A stretch of DNA of 64,000 nt. Source: Paragordius varius (Eukaryota > Animalia > Nematomorpha). Where the stretch lies: NCBI GenBank assembly GCA_964247055.1, contig OZ176060.1, positions 310,001 through 374,000 of the forward strand, read 5' to 3'. The first letter of the stretch is position 1. Each line of letters begins with the position of its first letter. Shown here one piece after another: positions 36,911 to 50,928 of the stretch. Both the position numbers and the translations under genes were made by a program. The notes below the pieces were generated by a model. It was not told where the DNA came from, made no database searches, and saw only the letters and a program-made list of their open reading frames with translations.

Positions 36911-39900
36911 AAATTTTTTGTGAGATTTACAATTTTGTTTTTTTTTACAGCACTTTTAATATGTGATTTTGGGGGAATTTGGGTTTAATTGACCATATTT
37001 TGGTTACCCATTTTGATTATGAGAAACATTATGTTTATTACCAAATAAGTTCTTTAGTTTACGGCATTGTTGTTGTTTTTAATCAGGGTCTAATAATGAA
37101 AAAGGGTATTTTAAAAGCAAATTTTTTATAAACCTTGTTTATCTATATGATATGTTTTATATTAAAACATAAGGTATGAGATATAAATTAATAACTTATA
37201 TTCCTTTTGCATTTGTAATAGCTTATGGAAAAAAATATGGATTTATAGAAATCTGATTGTAACATGTATTGGATCAAACAATCTAAAAATTTTACGGAAA
37301 ACTCACATGAATAATTATAAATAATTTACTTAAATAGAGTATGTAAATTTTTTTAGATGATATTGACAGAAAAAGTAAAATATGAGCGATTTTTTCATAT
37401 AATATTGCTGGAGCCAAAAAAAATCAAGAGGGGCAGATATAACTCCACTCCTTAGTAGTTAAATTAATAATAAAATTACATTTTGGGATCATTAGGATAA
37501 AAAAACTTAGGAGAAATATTTTTGCAAAAGACCGGTGCTTTATCAGACGTGATATATTTAAAAATAGAGTTGTGTATTGGTAATATCAAATATTTATTAT
37601 ACAATCGCAAACTTAGGGATAATTTAGGTTTAGTGTCTTTTGAAAAATAAAATTTTACGTTTTATCCGTATAATATTAATATTTTACTGAAAATAGATGG
37701 CTTAATTAGTGGTATTATTGTAGATGACTACATAGATTGATTAATTACATCATATTGTAATTATTGTTAAGCGCAAAATATATTTTAAATAAAAACAGGA
37801 GATTATTTCACTTTTGATATGGTATGAATGATTATATAATATAGGGTTCTTACGTTTGCTTTTTGTACACCCGTTTTTTCCAGAATTAAAATTTTTGCCT
37901 AAAATACTATGAAAAATTTAATATAATTTTAATTATCATTATTATAATAAATTAACATAATAAGTCTAATTTATTTTAGTAATAATTTTTTATTGGATGT
38001 TTTACATAAGTATTGTTATAAATTTTATGGCCACTAAAAATTTTACCAAGTTCATTCAAATATGTTCTCCAATAAATGCTTTGTTTATTTAAGAATATAT
38101 ATTTTTTCAATTACATATTATACCGAATAAACCTTAACTTAATAATCATTTCCTTATAAAAAATATATATTTTCATTATAAATATATCAGTAATGTGTTT
38201 TTAGTTAGGTTCGAGTGAGAAATCTATTTGCATTTTAAATTTTTTTTTGATGCTAAATGTCTTATTCCAAATAGATCATAAAATATTTTATAAACTACAC
38301 ATAAAAGCAAAATAATATTTTTGAAAGAATTTAAATTTCAGATTGGACACGTCTAAAATAGGCTAGATTTTTCAAACAAACGCAAAAAACCGAGATTTGC
38401 TATACAAAAAAATAAATGCATCTTTGTTTAAAAATATCAATATTAGCGTAATGATAAACTGTATTTACGGTAATTTATGATATGATGGAAATGTATTTTA
38501 TCACCTCAATATTAATTAAAAGTTAGTGTTATAAATTTAGGTCAATATTGTAAAATACAATTTATTAGTGTTTTTATAATAGCTAATAGCTATGTGGTCC
38601 GTAATGCTTCAAAATAGCATGAAGTGTTAACAAAAAATTTCAAATTTATCAACAAAGTATGCAATTTTTTAAAGAATTTTTTTTAATGTATTATCTATAA
38701 TATATCAAATTTTGTAAAAACTCGGCGACATGAAGTATCAAAGGATCAAATTGAAGTGTTTAAAAACCAAACTGAAGTGTATAAAAACATCCTTAGAGTG
38801 CAAATGATATATTTATATTTGGTTGTGTTAATTTAAATAGGTTTAGTATATTTTAAATTAAAGACAAAAATTTTTCTCTTATCTATGAGAAAGGTTATAG
38901 TGGCATCACGAGTAGCTTCTAACATATACACGGTATATGCATATGGGTAAATGTGTCGTTTTATATATATTTGAATTAATTATTGAAAATTCGTACAAGT
39001 TAAATAAAGTTGTTTAAACCCTCTATAAACAATTATGTATTTAAAAAAAATTGATGATTTATAACTTCAGAAGGCGAGAAAGGTACTTATTTATACCTGT
39101 TAAGAAAAAATAATTATGTAAATAGAGTATATTTATACGCCCTAATTAAATTTAATATGCCATCTAATTGATGTAAAAGGTAACTAAACGGCCCTGCTAA
39201 TAATAAAGAAACATGCGTAATGTCCATAAAGCTCCCACGTATTAATGACATTAGGGTAAATTTCTAGACTTATTTTTCATATTTATCTCTAATTTGATTA
39301 TCATTTAGTAACATTAAACAAAGTTTAATGTAGTGATTAACGTTTAATTATAACTAAAACAATTCTAATATGCACGGCCTAATAGTAATATATACACATT
39401 CCAAACACAAAATGTTTATACTTTATTGATATAAACTACAAAGTGTAAATAGAGATATAAATTGGTTACACAATCAATATATTATACAATTGCACAATTA
39501 AATAATTTAAATAGGGAAAAATAAGGTTTAAAAAAATTTTAAAAAAATGTCATTATATCGTTTTGTCCGTATAATTTTAATATCTTACTAGTTTTAGTAA
39601 TTACGCATGTATATTAATCTTTTTATTAATGTTAAGGGCCATCTTTAAAATCAAAATAGAAAATATTTAAGTATCGAAATAGTATACACCTTATTAAATA
39701 TTATTTGGTTACGCTTCTATACTAAAAGAAAGATATCTATTGCTTCGGGGCCTCAAGTGCGATCGAGCAATATTAATTATAATTTTTTCTTTTGCATGCA
39801 AATTTTGGCTAAAAACAATAAATATATACAGTAAAATATGTAAATATCCGGACAAATTTTTAAACTATCAGACATAATTTTTTTATAACAGACAGAGTGT

Positions 39901-41896
39901 TAAAATCAAAAGATTATAATTTTTAATTGGCGGAAAAATTTTTATACGGACAAATTTTCGATTATACGGACAAATTTTTTTTATACGGCCATAAATCCGA
40001 AATATTATAGGGTAAGAGGAGCTCTTATCTATAACACTGGACAACATTTCTGCCACTCGAATATTTTGCAATTTTTGATATTTAGTATTATTCTAACAGT
40101 AAGTCTAAAATAAAAATTATAAATCCTTGTAAGAATTTTGTATAATTTGATATTTTTGATTATACGCCCTCTTTATCAAAATTTTACTAAAAAATGTTTT
40201 TATTTCAAAATATACAAGTAATGCCCATTTGTAATATAAAAAAGTAATAAAAATGTACAAAATGTATACTAATATGTATTACACCGACAACTATTATTGG
40301 ACACAGATAGCTACAAACGCGCGAAGCGAGACCATTTTTTTTAATTAATATATCTTAAAAACTAATGGATTAAAATAGCTCGAACTTTGTCTAGATGGTG
40401 ATGAATGTCCAAAATAGATAACACAAGAAAGTTTTTGTTTGTGAAATAATTTTTTTATTCTTTTATGTCACTCAAAACAGCCATTTTTCGGTTTTTTGTT
40501 TTTTAAAAATTACCATCTCATCAATATTAATTTATTTTCTTTACAAGGCTGATTATTTCGAAATTTTAAAGATAAAAACAAAGTTTAAGGTATTTTTGAT
40601 CTTTTATAGCCATTTACAGTTATAACTATGCATTTTAATATCCACTAAGTAAAATATTTATGATAATAAAAATTTTTATAAAAAATGACATACCAAAAGC
40701 TTTTTCAAACATTTTTTTTAAATTAAATACTAATATAACGCTAATAATTATATTAAAATAATTTATATGATTTTCAAATTAGTTTGTCTGTGAAAATTCT
40801 TGACTTGTTTAAGGATTGAAAATTTCGCCATTTAAATCCAAATAACTTTTACATCCGATTGATTTAAATGACTTACTACCATTTAAAAGATGCAGTTTTT
40901 TGCGCTCTTTCGAATGATTTAAAATATTTGGCTTCATATCTAATTTAATTTTCGAAATTTCGAGTTTAATGTTAAATCGGGGCCAAAAATTATCGATAAA
41001 CTCTAATATAAAAAATTCTTCCATGCTAGACCAATTTTCTTTTTGGATATACTAATTATGTACTTTAATGAAATAAATTTTAAATTTACAAGAACAAAAA
41101 AAGTTAATATTTGTTGTCAAGTGTAATCGTTTCGCTTTATGGTAATATGGAAAAAATATAGATTTATAAAAATTTATTCGTAACATGTATTGATGTCAAA
41201 CAATCTAACATTTTTACGCATAAATCATATTAATAGTTCTTACGTAAATGGGAAAATAATAATTTTTTATGTATGTAAAATTTTTTTAATGATAATAAAT
41301 TGACAGTACCTTAGATAAAAATATAATTATTTATATAATATTGCTAAAGCAGAAAAAGACAATCATAATTGGAGGGGCGGATATAGCTACATTTAGATTA
41401 CAGTAAAATTTGGATTTATACAGATTAAAAAAACATATAGACAAATGTTTTTTTTTCAAAAGAGCATCTATGTCTTATAAACTTGATATGTTTGAAAATT
41501 CATGATTGTTATAAACTACAAAGTTGAAAGAGATGTATATTAATTATACAATCAATTATGTATAATACACTTGCAACAATAAACTTATATAGGCAATAAT
41601 GAAGTTTTCGCTATATTACGTTTTTTCTTTCCGTAAATTATGTAAATAGATGGCTTGATTCTAAATCTATTTTTTGATTCAACAATCAACCGTAAATAAT
41701 GCAATATTAATTAAACACAGTTAATTAAAAAATTGATTTTAATTTGGTAACTTATTCTTTTTTTGATTGAGTCTATGTGCAGGATTTTAAATAATATTTT
41801 ACAAGTAAAAACATTGGTCTTTTATTTCAGCTTAACAATAGGTATTTGCCAATTTAATATGATACTTGATCGTCGCATTATTTATTTCTTCTATTA

Positions 41897-44800
41897 TAAT
41901 AATAATTATAATAATAATAATTACATTATATGATATCACTCTTTCGAGCGGTCATATCCGTAAACTATAGAACCCTGTCTAAGGCGTCTTCGCGTTTTAG
42001 GTTCAGTTTTGCCATGTCCCTCTTAACTGTATCTATCCATTGCGTTTTAGGGCGCCCTTTTCCCCTCTTGCCTTTTACAATATAATCATCAATCTTTTTA
42101 CCAATGTAATTTTTATCTCTTCTTTTAACATGTCCGAACCATCTTAAACGATTTACCATCATCTTTTGCGTTACCGATTTGATTTCCGTACTTCCTCTTA
42201 TGTGGACATTCTTCACCTTGTCATTCCTCGTTACACCGCACATTCTAAGCATTCTCATTTCAGTAACCTCAAAGTGCCTCTCTTCTGATTTCTTTATTGC
42301 CCATGTCTGTGAGTTGTACATCATTGTTGGTTGTACAACAGCACTGTAAATCTTACCCTTTACTTTTAGGTCAATATTTTTGTCGCACAAAACACTTGAG
42401 ATCTTTTTATAATTTGCCCCACTATTTCGAATTCTTAAATTAATATCAAGTGTTAAAAAACCATCTGCTGCTAATATCGCTCCTAAATATTTGCATTCCT
42501 CCTGACCTTTTAATACCCACCCTTCTTCTAATTCTATTTCTCGTTTTTTCCCGCCAAAATTTATCAGTTCCGTTTTCTTTTTATTAACTTTTAATCCGCA
42601 TCGTCGTAACACATCAATCCATTTACCCACCGATTCTTTTAATTCATCAACTCGTCGAACAGCATTATTAGGTCATAAAAAAAATACCAGCCATCATGTT
42701 GCCCTACTTCTTTTGAAATTTCGTCCATGCATATATAAATAGTAACGGGCGGATTGCAGACCCCTGATAGACACCTTCGTTTATTTCATAGGACCTGATA
42801 TTCCCTGATGTGTTTTAATTATAGTGTGATTCGTACATGCTTTTTAAATTCTTTATGTAACTTTCAGGGACCTTTTTCCGTCTTAGGCTCCACCATATTG
42901 TGCTCCGAGGTATTCTGTCAAATGCCTTTTCAATATCAATATAAATACCATGCAACTCCTTTTTGATTTCTATATGCTTCTCGATTAGCCTTCTTACTGC
43001 GTGAATCGGATCAATGGTGGATTTTTCTGGAATAAAACCAAATTGATTACCCCCTATACTAACCATTTTTCTTATTCTTTTCTCTAACACTTTCTCAAAT
43101 AACTTCATTGTAAGCGACATCAATCTTATCCCTCTGTAATTATTACAATCATTAATATCTCTTTTAGCCTTGAAAATGGGAACTGTGAAACTCTCCTTCC
43201 ATTCGGTTGGTATCATACCTGTAGTAACTACATTATTAAAATTATCCACTAAAAATTCAATACCTTTCTCTGACAATATTTTCCATCAGTTTATGTTAAA
43301 ATCGTCTGGACCTGCAGCCTTATTTACATCTCTTTTAAACCAGCCTGGACTTCTTCTTTTGTTATACTTTCAATATGCGCAGATTTATAATCTGGTGTTT
43401 CGGGTAAACTTGTTTCACTGACGCCCAATTCAAGATCCTGGAAATATTCTTTCCACCTTTTCAATATTTTCGCTTCCTCAACGAGTAATTTGCCTTTTTT
43501 ATCTTTAATAGCTGTCGCGAAAGGGGGCAAGTCCAGCTTTCTTCTGTGTCTTTGTCGAGCAATTTTAAATACTTTGTTTAGACCTTGCTTACTGTTCAAC
43601 TCTTCATATAATGATGCCGTCTTTTCTTTTTTGACCAATCTTACAAGCCTTTTAAGTTCCTTATTAATCCTTTTATATTTTTCCTTGTCTTCTGCTTGGT
43701 GGGTAAACCTCCACATTTTAAAAGCTTTTCTTTTCTCTCGCGATTTCAGAATTATTTTTTCGTCTTTCAGCCATGCCTCTCTATAAACTTGGTTTCTGCC
43801 ACCTTTCATTCCGCACACCTTAACTCCCGCCTCTCTTATTTTTTTTGCCACCTGAGACCAAACACTTTCTGGATCACTGTTCCTGACTAGTATGCCTACC
43901 GTTTGTACAAATCTTTCTTTACTGTTTCTTAGAGAATCCCATTTAATTACCTTCGGCGCTATAAGCTTAGGCTTTTTGGCATTTATTGGTATATCTGTCA
44001 TATATTTGCACATAATTAAATTGTGTTATGTGCTAATCTGCAAGTTAGGTATCACTTTGCAGTCCAAAACAAACTTTAAAGACTTTCGTGGCACTAGAAT
44101 ATAATCAATTTGTGACTTCTTATTTCCACTTTCGTAGGTAATTAAGTGGCTATCCCTTTTCGTAAAAAAAGTATTTGTTATAGCAAAGTTATAAGATTGG
44201 GAAAATCTTAATAAACTAGCCCCTTCTTCATTTATAACCCCGTAACCTTTTCCGCCGTGCCAAGGTTCAAAACCTCTCCTATTTTGTCCCACGTGCCCGT
44301 TGAAATCACCACAAAATATAATTTCTCTGTCTTTCGTTAATGAAGTCATTTCTGCGTCTAACAAATCATAGAATTTATCTTTCTCCGGTTTAGTTAAACC
44401 TATCTGGGGGGCATAAATGCTAAAGATAGTAAAACCCTCTTATTTAACAATACGTCAACACTTATAATTCTACTGTCAGCACGTCTAACCTCAATTACTT
44501 GATTGGCAAATCTTGGGCACACTATTATGGCAACCCCACAGTAACCATCCGTAGAACCTGAATAAAACATTTTATAATTACCATCTAACGTCTTAGTACC
44601 ATTTCCGCGGTATCTGGTCTCCTGAATGCACAAAAAATTTATTTTTTTTACCCTTATAGTTTCAACTAAATCATATAACTCACTTTTTAACGAACCAACA
44701 TTTATACTGGCAAAACACATTCTACAACCTTCCTTATCCCTATTGGCCCCTACCTCCGTGCAGCGACTGGCCGGGTCTGGCATGCACGTCTTACAAAAAA

Positions 44801-45210
44801 CGCTCATAAAAAACAAAAATACGATAAATTAGAAGAATAATATAGATGAAAATAAACACTAAAATATATAGTAACTAATATGTAAATGCAACTAAAAAAG
44901 AATCAAAAATTTTAACCAAAATATAATAATTAAAAAAAAATAACATATAAAAATATATATCAATAAATAATGAAATAAAATAAAATACGAATCCTAAGAA
45001 TTTCGATTTGGAATATATTATAAAGGTAATTTCGTGCATTTTTTGAATGAATGAGAAAAACTGATAAAAGATATAATAAACTTGGAAAATAAATAGATAA
45101 CAATAGATAATTATAATAATTGGTATAAATAATAATAATTTTGATATAAAATTAATTAAGAATTTTTCGTTTTCGAAGTTGCGTCAGATGGGTCAAACGC
45201 GCGCGCTCAA
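41897..45210 (-). mobile_element. Near-full-length, inactivated RTE-clade non-LTR retrotransposon (APE endonuclease + reverse transcriptase)
   Basis: Consecutive minus-strand ORFs: endonuclease (FASINVGSL, CIQETR, GDFNGHVG, SQIDYILV), RT (NYRGIRLMS, NQFGF, DIEKAFDRIPR, GVYQGS) and C-terminus (RLRWFGHVKRR, RGKGRPK). TTA/ATT microsatellite 3' tail at ~41897-41925. At least five frame breaks. The 5' boundary is approximate. Confidence 0.92.
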
Positions 45211-46330
45211 ATTTAAATTAAATAAAATTTATTAATAGTAATGTTAGGTTACTGAGAATAACACACATGAAATCTGGTTAAAAATATTTTTTTATGAAAT
45301 ATTCCCTAAAAATGACACACAATTATATGAAAATTATTAATAATAAATTATAAACCAATTTAATATTTTTCTTGAGAAAATATATGTAAATATTTACAAG
45401 ATTTTCCAGTTTAATAAATTTTAGAAATTTTAATGAAAATCCATCTATTTTTATTTTTTACAAGATAAAAAATAGAATGTACAGTATAAACCTCTAAAAT
45501 ATCAAATAGAGATACCCCCAAAACACGATTGAAATAAACAGTATAAAATTAAATATTGGTTAATTGTAATTTAGAAACTATCGAGGTTAATTTATATTTT
45601 TCGATAGGCGTGTATTCGCGGTTTACAAAATTTAAGAAAAAAATGGCGGCGAAAAAACATTTGTGTTTATTTTACAATTATAGATACTTTAAAATTTCAT
45701 CCTAAAAGGCAGCATTTTTTAAATATTAGCCCAGTTAAAATATTACTTAAGGTACAATATTAAATGGAATGGAGTATGAAATTACCCCAAAAGTTTATGA
45801 TATATTAATAAAATATTTATTTATAGCCAAAAATTAAAAATATCTGGGAGACTTTAATAGCCACATTGGCGATAGTGTGGTATTATACATTTGAAAAATA
45901 TATAATGATTATTATAAACTTTATGGATATAAGAAAGTTGCTATTTTAAACGCTGTAAAGAACAAATTTTTAGTTAAATCGATTAAATTATATTTAGTTA
46001 AGGGTTTTATATTATTAGTTGAACTGCTTAAAAAAACGCCATCTATATAATTAATTTATGTTATAACCGGCCATGCATTGTAAAAAAGATGTCAAATTAA
46101 TCATTCGATGGTTTCTTGAAAAAAGATTGTTTCATAAATGTTACATTATCCTTTGTATATTAACTATAAGCTCTTTATTTATTATATACTAATGGATTAT
46201 GTTCAAATATAAGAGAAACCTATATAATTCTATCAAATATCTAAATTTTTACGGCGTTTCAGGCCAACATAAATTTAAAATTATATTATTAAAGTGTAAT
46301 TGTTAAAAATTGTTGAGAAGGTGATAATTT
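45210..46330 (+). repeat. Direct duplicate of ~1820-2380 joined to 4313-4975, i.e. lacking the foldback insertion
   Basis: Collinear anchors GGCGGCGAAAAA, GGCGATAGTGTGGTATTAT, CGGCGTTTC.GGCCAACAT. Confidence 0.85.
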
Positions 46331-47239
46331 TTACAATTTTAAAATCCGATTGTTATTATAAATATATCGTTGAAGTAATGTTCTAAGCCTTAGATTGTAG
46401 GTGATGTTCTGATATTTAACAAAAAATGATATAATCTACGTTTTTTATTCCTCACCATTTTCAAGGTCGGCGTTCTTATATGGTAATAGAAGAAGAAATC
46501 CAATAATTTAAAAAACAATATAATGTATCTATAAATATATTAATTAAAGATATATAAAAAATGTAAATTGTCTTGTCTGATTTAGTAAATACTCTATTTC
46601 CATAGAAGAAATAGGCTCTATGGTTAATTAACGAGCCATTTCAAAGTAATCGGCAGCTCAAACCTGGGTAAACCCTTACGCATGCATAGAAATATAAAAA
46701 AAAATAAATTAAAAAATATCTTGGTGATTAGGGTGTGTTTTATTTTAGATAGGATAACATAAAAAATTTATATATATTTAACCAAATTTATAATATGATT
46801 AAAACTAATATAGGAAATCCAATCTATTACTAAGCTGTTTTTGAAAAACATGGTCACAAGAAATAAAATTATAAAATGATATATATCCACATATACAGAA
46901 TTATTTCATATTTTTTAGAAAGATATTTTTATTTTGGAATTTATAATTTAAAATAATTATTTGAATTTTTTATCAAAAAAGAATAGACTTTATTGCCCAT
47001 TTTTCTAGCTTTTTATGTCATTAAAAATAATTGACTGCTTTTTTTAAAAAAAGGTATGATATCACAATTAGTAAAAAATGATTTAAAATAAATATATATT
47101 AATATTAAAAAAAAATATTTTTTTAGTGACACAATAATTAATTATATATAAAATCTAAACTTTAAAAATTTTGCTTAATTTTTGCAAGTATTTATTAAGT
47201 TTTTTAATCTAAATGAAAAATATCAAGTAATTGTTTGGT

Positions 47240-47410
47240 ATTTTTATATTTAAACCATAAAATAATTGAACAACAAAAATTGAAATATAAAATGAAACGA
47301 CAGACGATTTCATTTCTTAACGGTTTTTTAAATTGTCTGATTTTTATTTATTCGAAAAAATTTTTTTAAATTTATTTAAAAAATGGGTATTTAAATTAAT
47401 AAATATTTTT
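47240..47410 (+). repeat. Inverted repeat pair with ~51270-51430, enclosing ZNF copy D
   Basis: AATGAAACGACAGACGATTT at ~47291 vs AAATCGTCTGTCGTTTCATT at ~51357, with flanking homology. Confidence 0.8.
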
Positions 47411-48639
47411 AGAAATATAATATTTAGTTATTTTATTTTAAATTATTGTTAATATTAGATTAACTTTAAATCTTAATATAACTTCTAAAATGTATATATA
47501 TTCCATCTTTTTTATGTTTAGTATTGTTATATATAATAACCTCTTTTAGTTAATTTAAACAAAACTGGCTAGGAATGCATATAAAGTTATGTTAGAATGT
47601 TAACTGACCAATAACAAAGTATGGGACTAAAAAAATAATTAGTTTGGTATGCTAAAAATTAAATACAGCAAAATTTTTATTTTTGTAAAATATTAGTTTT
47701 GAATGGCAAAATGTTAAATAAAGATACAATCAATTCTTATTTTACAATAAATGATATTTAAGAGCTGATATGGGATTAATTAGTATTCGAAAAAATGTGG
47801 TTGTCTTTTAAAATAATTTTTATGTTTTGACTGTATAATATTAATTTTTAATATTAATATAAATTAAAATAAGATAAATATCCGATCATAAAGTATTATA
47901 AATATAATTTATATTTTTAAAACTAATATGCGCGGCATATAATTTAATTGTAATGAACAAAAGATAAACAAAAAATTTACGATTTCGGATTTACAGATAT
48001 ACTATAATGAATGACCTGCGTATATATCAATGCATACCTGATATAAATTTTAATATTAACAACTAAAATATTTTTTATTATATTTTTTTTCGTTAATCTA
48101 TAACACCCATTTACCTTGTATCTAATTTTTGATATTATTTTAAGTCAATGATTAGCAAAACTTAAAAATCATTTTTAAAAAATATTTTACTATCGAAGAT
48201 TAAATCAAGTTACTTTTTAGATTACAGCAATATATAACATATCTATTATAATTTGAAAGCCATACTAGTTCGATAATTAAGAATGTAAAAAAAACTAATA
48301 ATTTTAAAATAATAGATTAAATTAATTTATTAAAAATATTTGCCATCGATTTATATAATCGGATAAATCATAACGATAAATATAAACATTTATCAACCAA
48401 TAAAGCCCGAACTTAATATTAATTTAAATTTTCGATTGTAGTGGATTATATTTGGATATATGTCATTTTCTAATTTTTTATTTCTTGTTTCTATGAAAAT
48501 GTAATATTTTTGGTAAATTTATAGTTTTTTTTAACAGTTAGAAGCGCAAGTAAAGGTTTAAGCTGACAATTATATTAAAAAATCGTGACTCGTCAATCAA
48601 ACCGTAGCCTTTTTGTTATATGAAAAATTAGAGTATATA

Positions 48640-48973
48640 CAGTACCCCCTTTGTTGGCCACTTCACATTATTTTTGGCCAATTGGCAATACAGTAATGTG
48701 TGAGTAAAAAACAACAAACGATGTGAAATAAATATTTTTACCTATAAAATTCCAACATGATATTTATTTATTAAATTATGGAAATTTGTTTTATAAATAA
48801 TTTAAATAAATAACTTTATTTACGAAATTAGTATATTTATATTCCATTATATTATACTTTACTTTTGAGAATTATTTTATGTAATTTTAAATTTATTTTA
48901 TTATAAGTTATGGACAATTTTTTTTATCATACGCTACTGTATAGGTAATGGGCCAACAATAAAGTGAATATTG
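48640..48973. mobile_element. MITE family 2 copy sharing a TA with a family-1 half element
   Basis: TA-CAGTACCCCCTTTGTTGGCC...GGCCAACAATAAAGTGAATATTG-TA-CAGTAAAATCGAAATTATGCGCAC. Confidence 0.75.
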
Positions 48974-49395
48974 TACAGTAAAATCGAAATTATGCGCACA
49001 AAACTTAAAATATATAGTGAATTTTTTAAATAACCATACTTTTTAAAATTTAGTTTTTCAAAAACTATTGAATTGGATTTGTAAATACATAATTGATTAT
49101 ACTTTATTTTGAAATGTGCAACAATCAGTCAATTAAGAAAATCAAGATATTAAAGTTATGGTTATTTGTAAGAAATATTTGTGTTTTTATTTTTACATAT
49201 CGGTATAATTTCGATTTATTATTTATTATTTATCAACATAATAAACTCCACCATTCCAAATATTTTATTAAGGAAAATGCATATTGCAAAACTTCATAAA
49301 ATAATATTAATTTCAATATATATCATTTGCGAAATGTATATTTAAACAAAATACATTTAATGCAACATTTAATATATTATATATGTTGTAAGTGT

Positions 49396-50207
49396 TCAAT
49401 TATGTACATATTTAATGTGCCTGGAAAGACTGCTTTTATGGTTATATTCCTTTTTACAAATCTTACAATTATATGTAATATTTTCGTGAACAGAATAAAT
49501 ATGTGATGCAAGATGGCCTTTTTGAGTAAATTCTTTTTTGCAAATCGGACATTCGTGTTTAATTTTCTCATGAATTGACTTAATGTGCCTATCAAGATTG
49601 CCTTTGTTAGAAAATATTTTCGAACAAATTTTGCACGAGTATTTAACTTTTTCATGAACAGAACGAATATGTGTGACTAAAACATGTTTGTCTTTATAAA
49701 TTTTATCACATTGAATACATCGATAATTATTAACCATTTTTGAAGAGTTTAAAGATTTAATAGGTTTGTTACTATCATCAAATAGCTTGTTAATATTATT
49801 CATGCTTATATCATTGAAATCAATACTGTCGCACACCGGAGTAATTTTTTTCACACTTTTTGGTGGTTTTTTCAGCGAAAGATCTAAAAGTTCTGTCTGT
49901 TCTCCTACCAAATCAATAATTAGGGTATCTTTGTTGATTTTGGTATTAGTTTTATTTTCATAGTCTAAATTATTATTTTGTTGAGTATTTTCGTTTTTAT
50001 GTTCCCTTAAATAACAAAGGTTGTAGAAAGAAGCGTTCAGAATTCTCCGTAAATCATTGTTTGTGAAATCTTCATTTTCCAATAAATTGATTAATGATGT
50101 CGGTTTAGATGGATCATCAATATACGTTTCTTGTTGATTTTTGAGTTCTACTTTATAAAGTTTAGTATCGAGATCACACCAAAGTTTGTAAGTCGAGTCA
50201 CCGAAAT
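49396..50207 (-). CDS. C2H2 ZNF exon, copy D, apparently intact (unrecognised N-terminal region + DLSLKK motif + 4 fingers)
   Basis: Open frame of ~270 codons after acceptor TTTAG (AG at 50209-50208), four C-x2-C-x12-H-x4-H fingers, TGA stop. The ORF-track start at 50241 is probably intronic. Upstream exon not located. Confidence 0.88.
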
Positions 50208-50880
50208 CTAAACAAATTTGTATTAATGTAAATTGAAACAAATTATTAATGATAAAATAAGTTTAAACCCAAGTAATGACATAAAACTTAGTGTACAGGT
50301 TTATTATTGTTACTATAAATATTACAACCTTTGCAAACATTAAATCATTACACTAATGATTATAATTGATAGATTAAATGTAAAAGTATAAAGAAAAATA
50401 TTTTTTATGATATAAAACTATACTTATTAAAAGGAAAACTTTTCATAAACTATATATAAAATATGATATTTATAATAACAATTATACCTTTATGCCCTAT
50501 TTTGCAACTTGAATTAATGAGTGTTATATATAAAAAATTTCTTTATATCTGTACATTATTGGATTTTAGTGGAATTAGATTTAATTTGAAATTTTTAATA
50601 AAAGAAAAATTATCAAATAAATGTAATAAAGTCGTGGATTGGTAAAATATTTTAATTGAAACAAATAAAAAAGACAAATATAAAGAAAGACTAATTGAGA
50701 TTTTGAAATCAAAATTTATTATTTTATGCATTAATTTAATTAAATTAAAAATGTTGTAAATAATACTAAAATATTATTATTATTATAATTATCATTTCAT
50801 CTAATTTATAAAAAATTAGCAGTTATTTGTCTATAAAACGTTATGAATTTTAATTTGTTACATTATGGATTGACGATTTA

Positions 50881-50883
<3 letters not shown>

Positions 50884-50916
<33 letters not shown>
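50884..50916. repeat. (AT)n microsatellite within a very G/C-poor tract (~50700-51700)
   Basis: Direct reading. Confidence 0.9.

Positions 50917-50928
<12 letters not shown>

Noticed and set aside
43170-44832. Plus-strand ORFs overlapping the LINE; similar ones at 27482-27953, 54967-55188 and 61002-61576
   Set aside because: Antisense or shifted-frame shadows of transposon coding sequence with no independent support.
49377-49655. Overlapping ORFs at ZNF loci (also 16228-16449, 15842-16030, 49766-49963)
   Set aside because: Shifted-frame or antisense shadows of the periodic finger-coding sequence.
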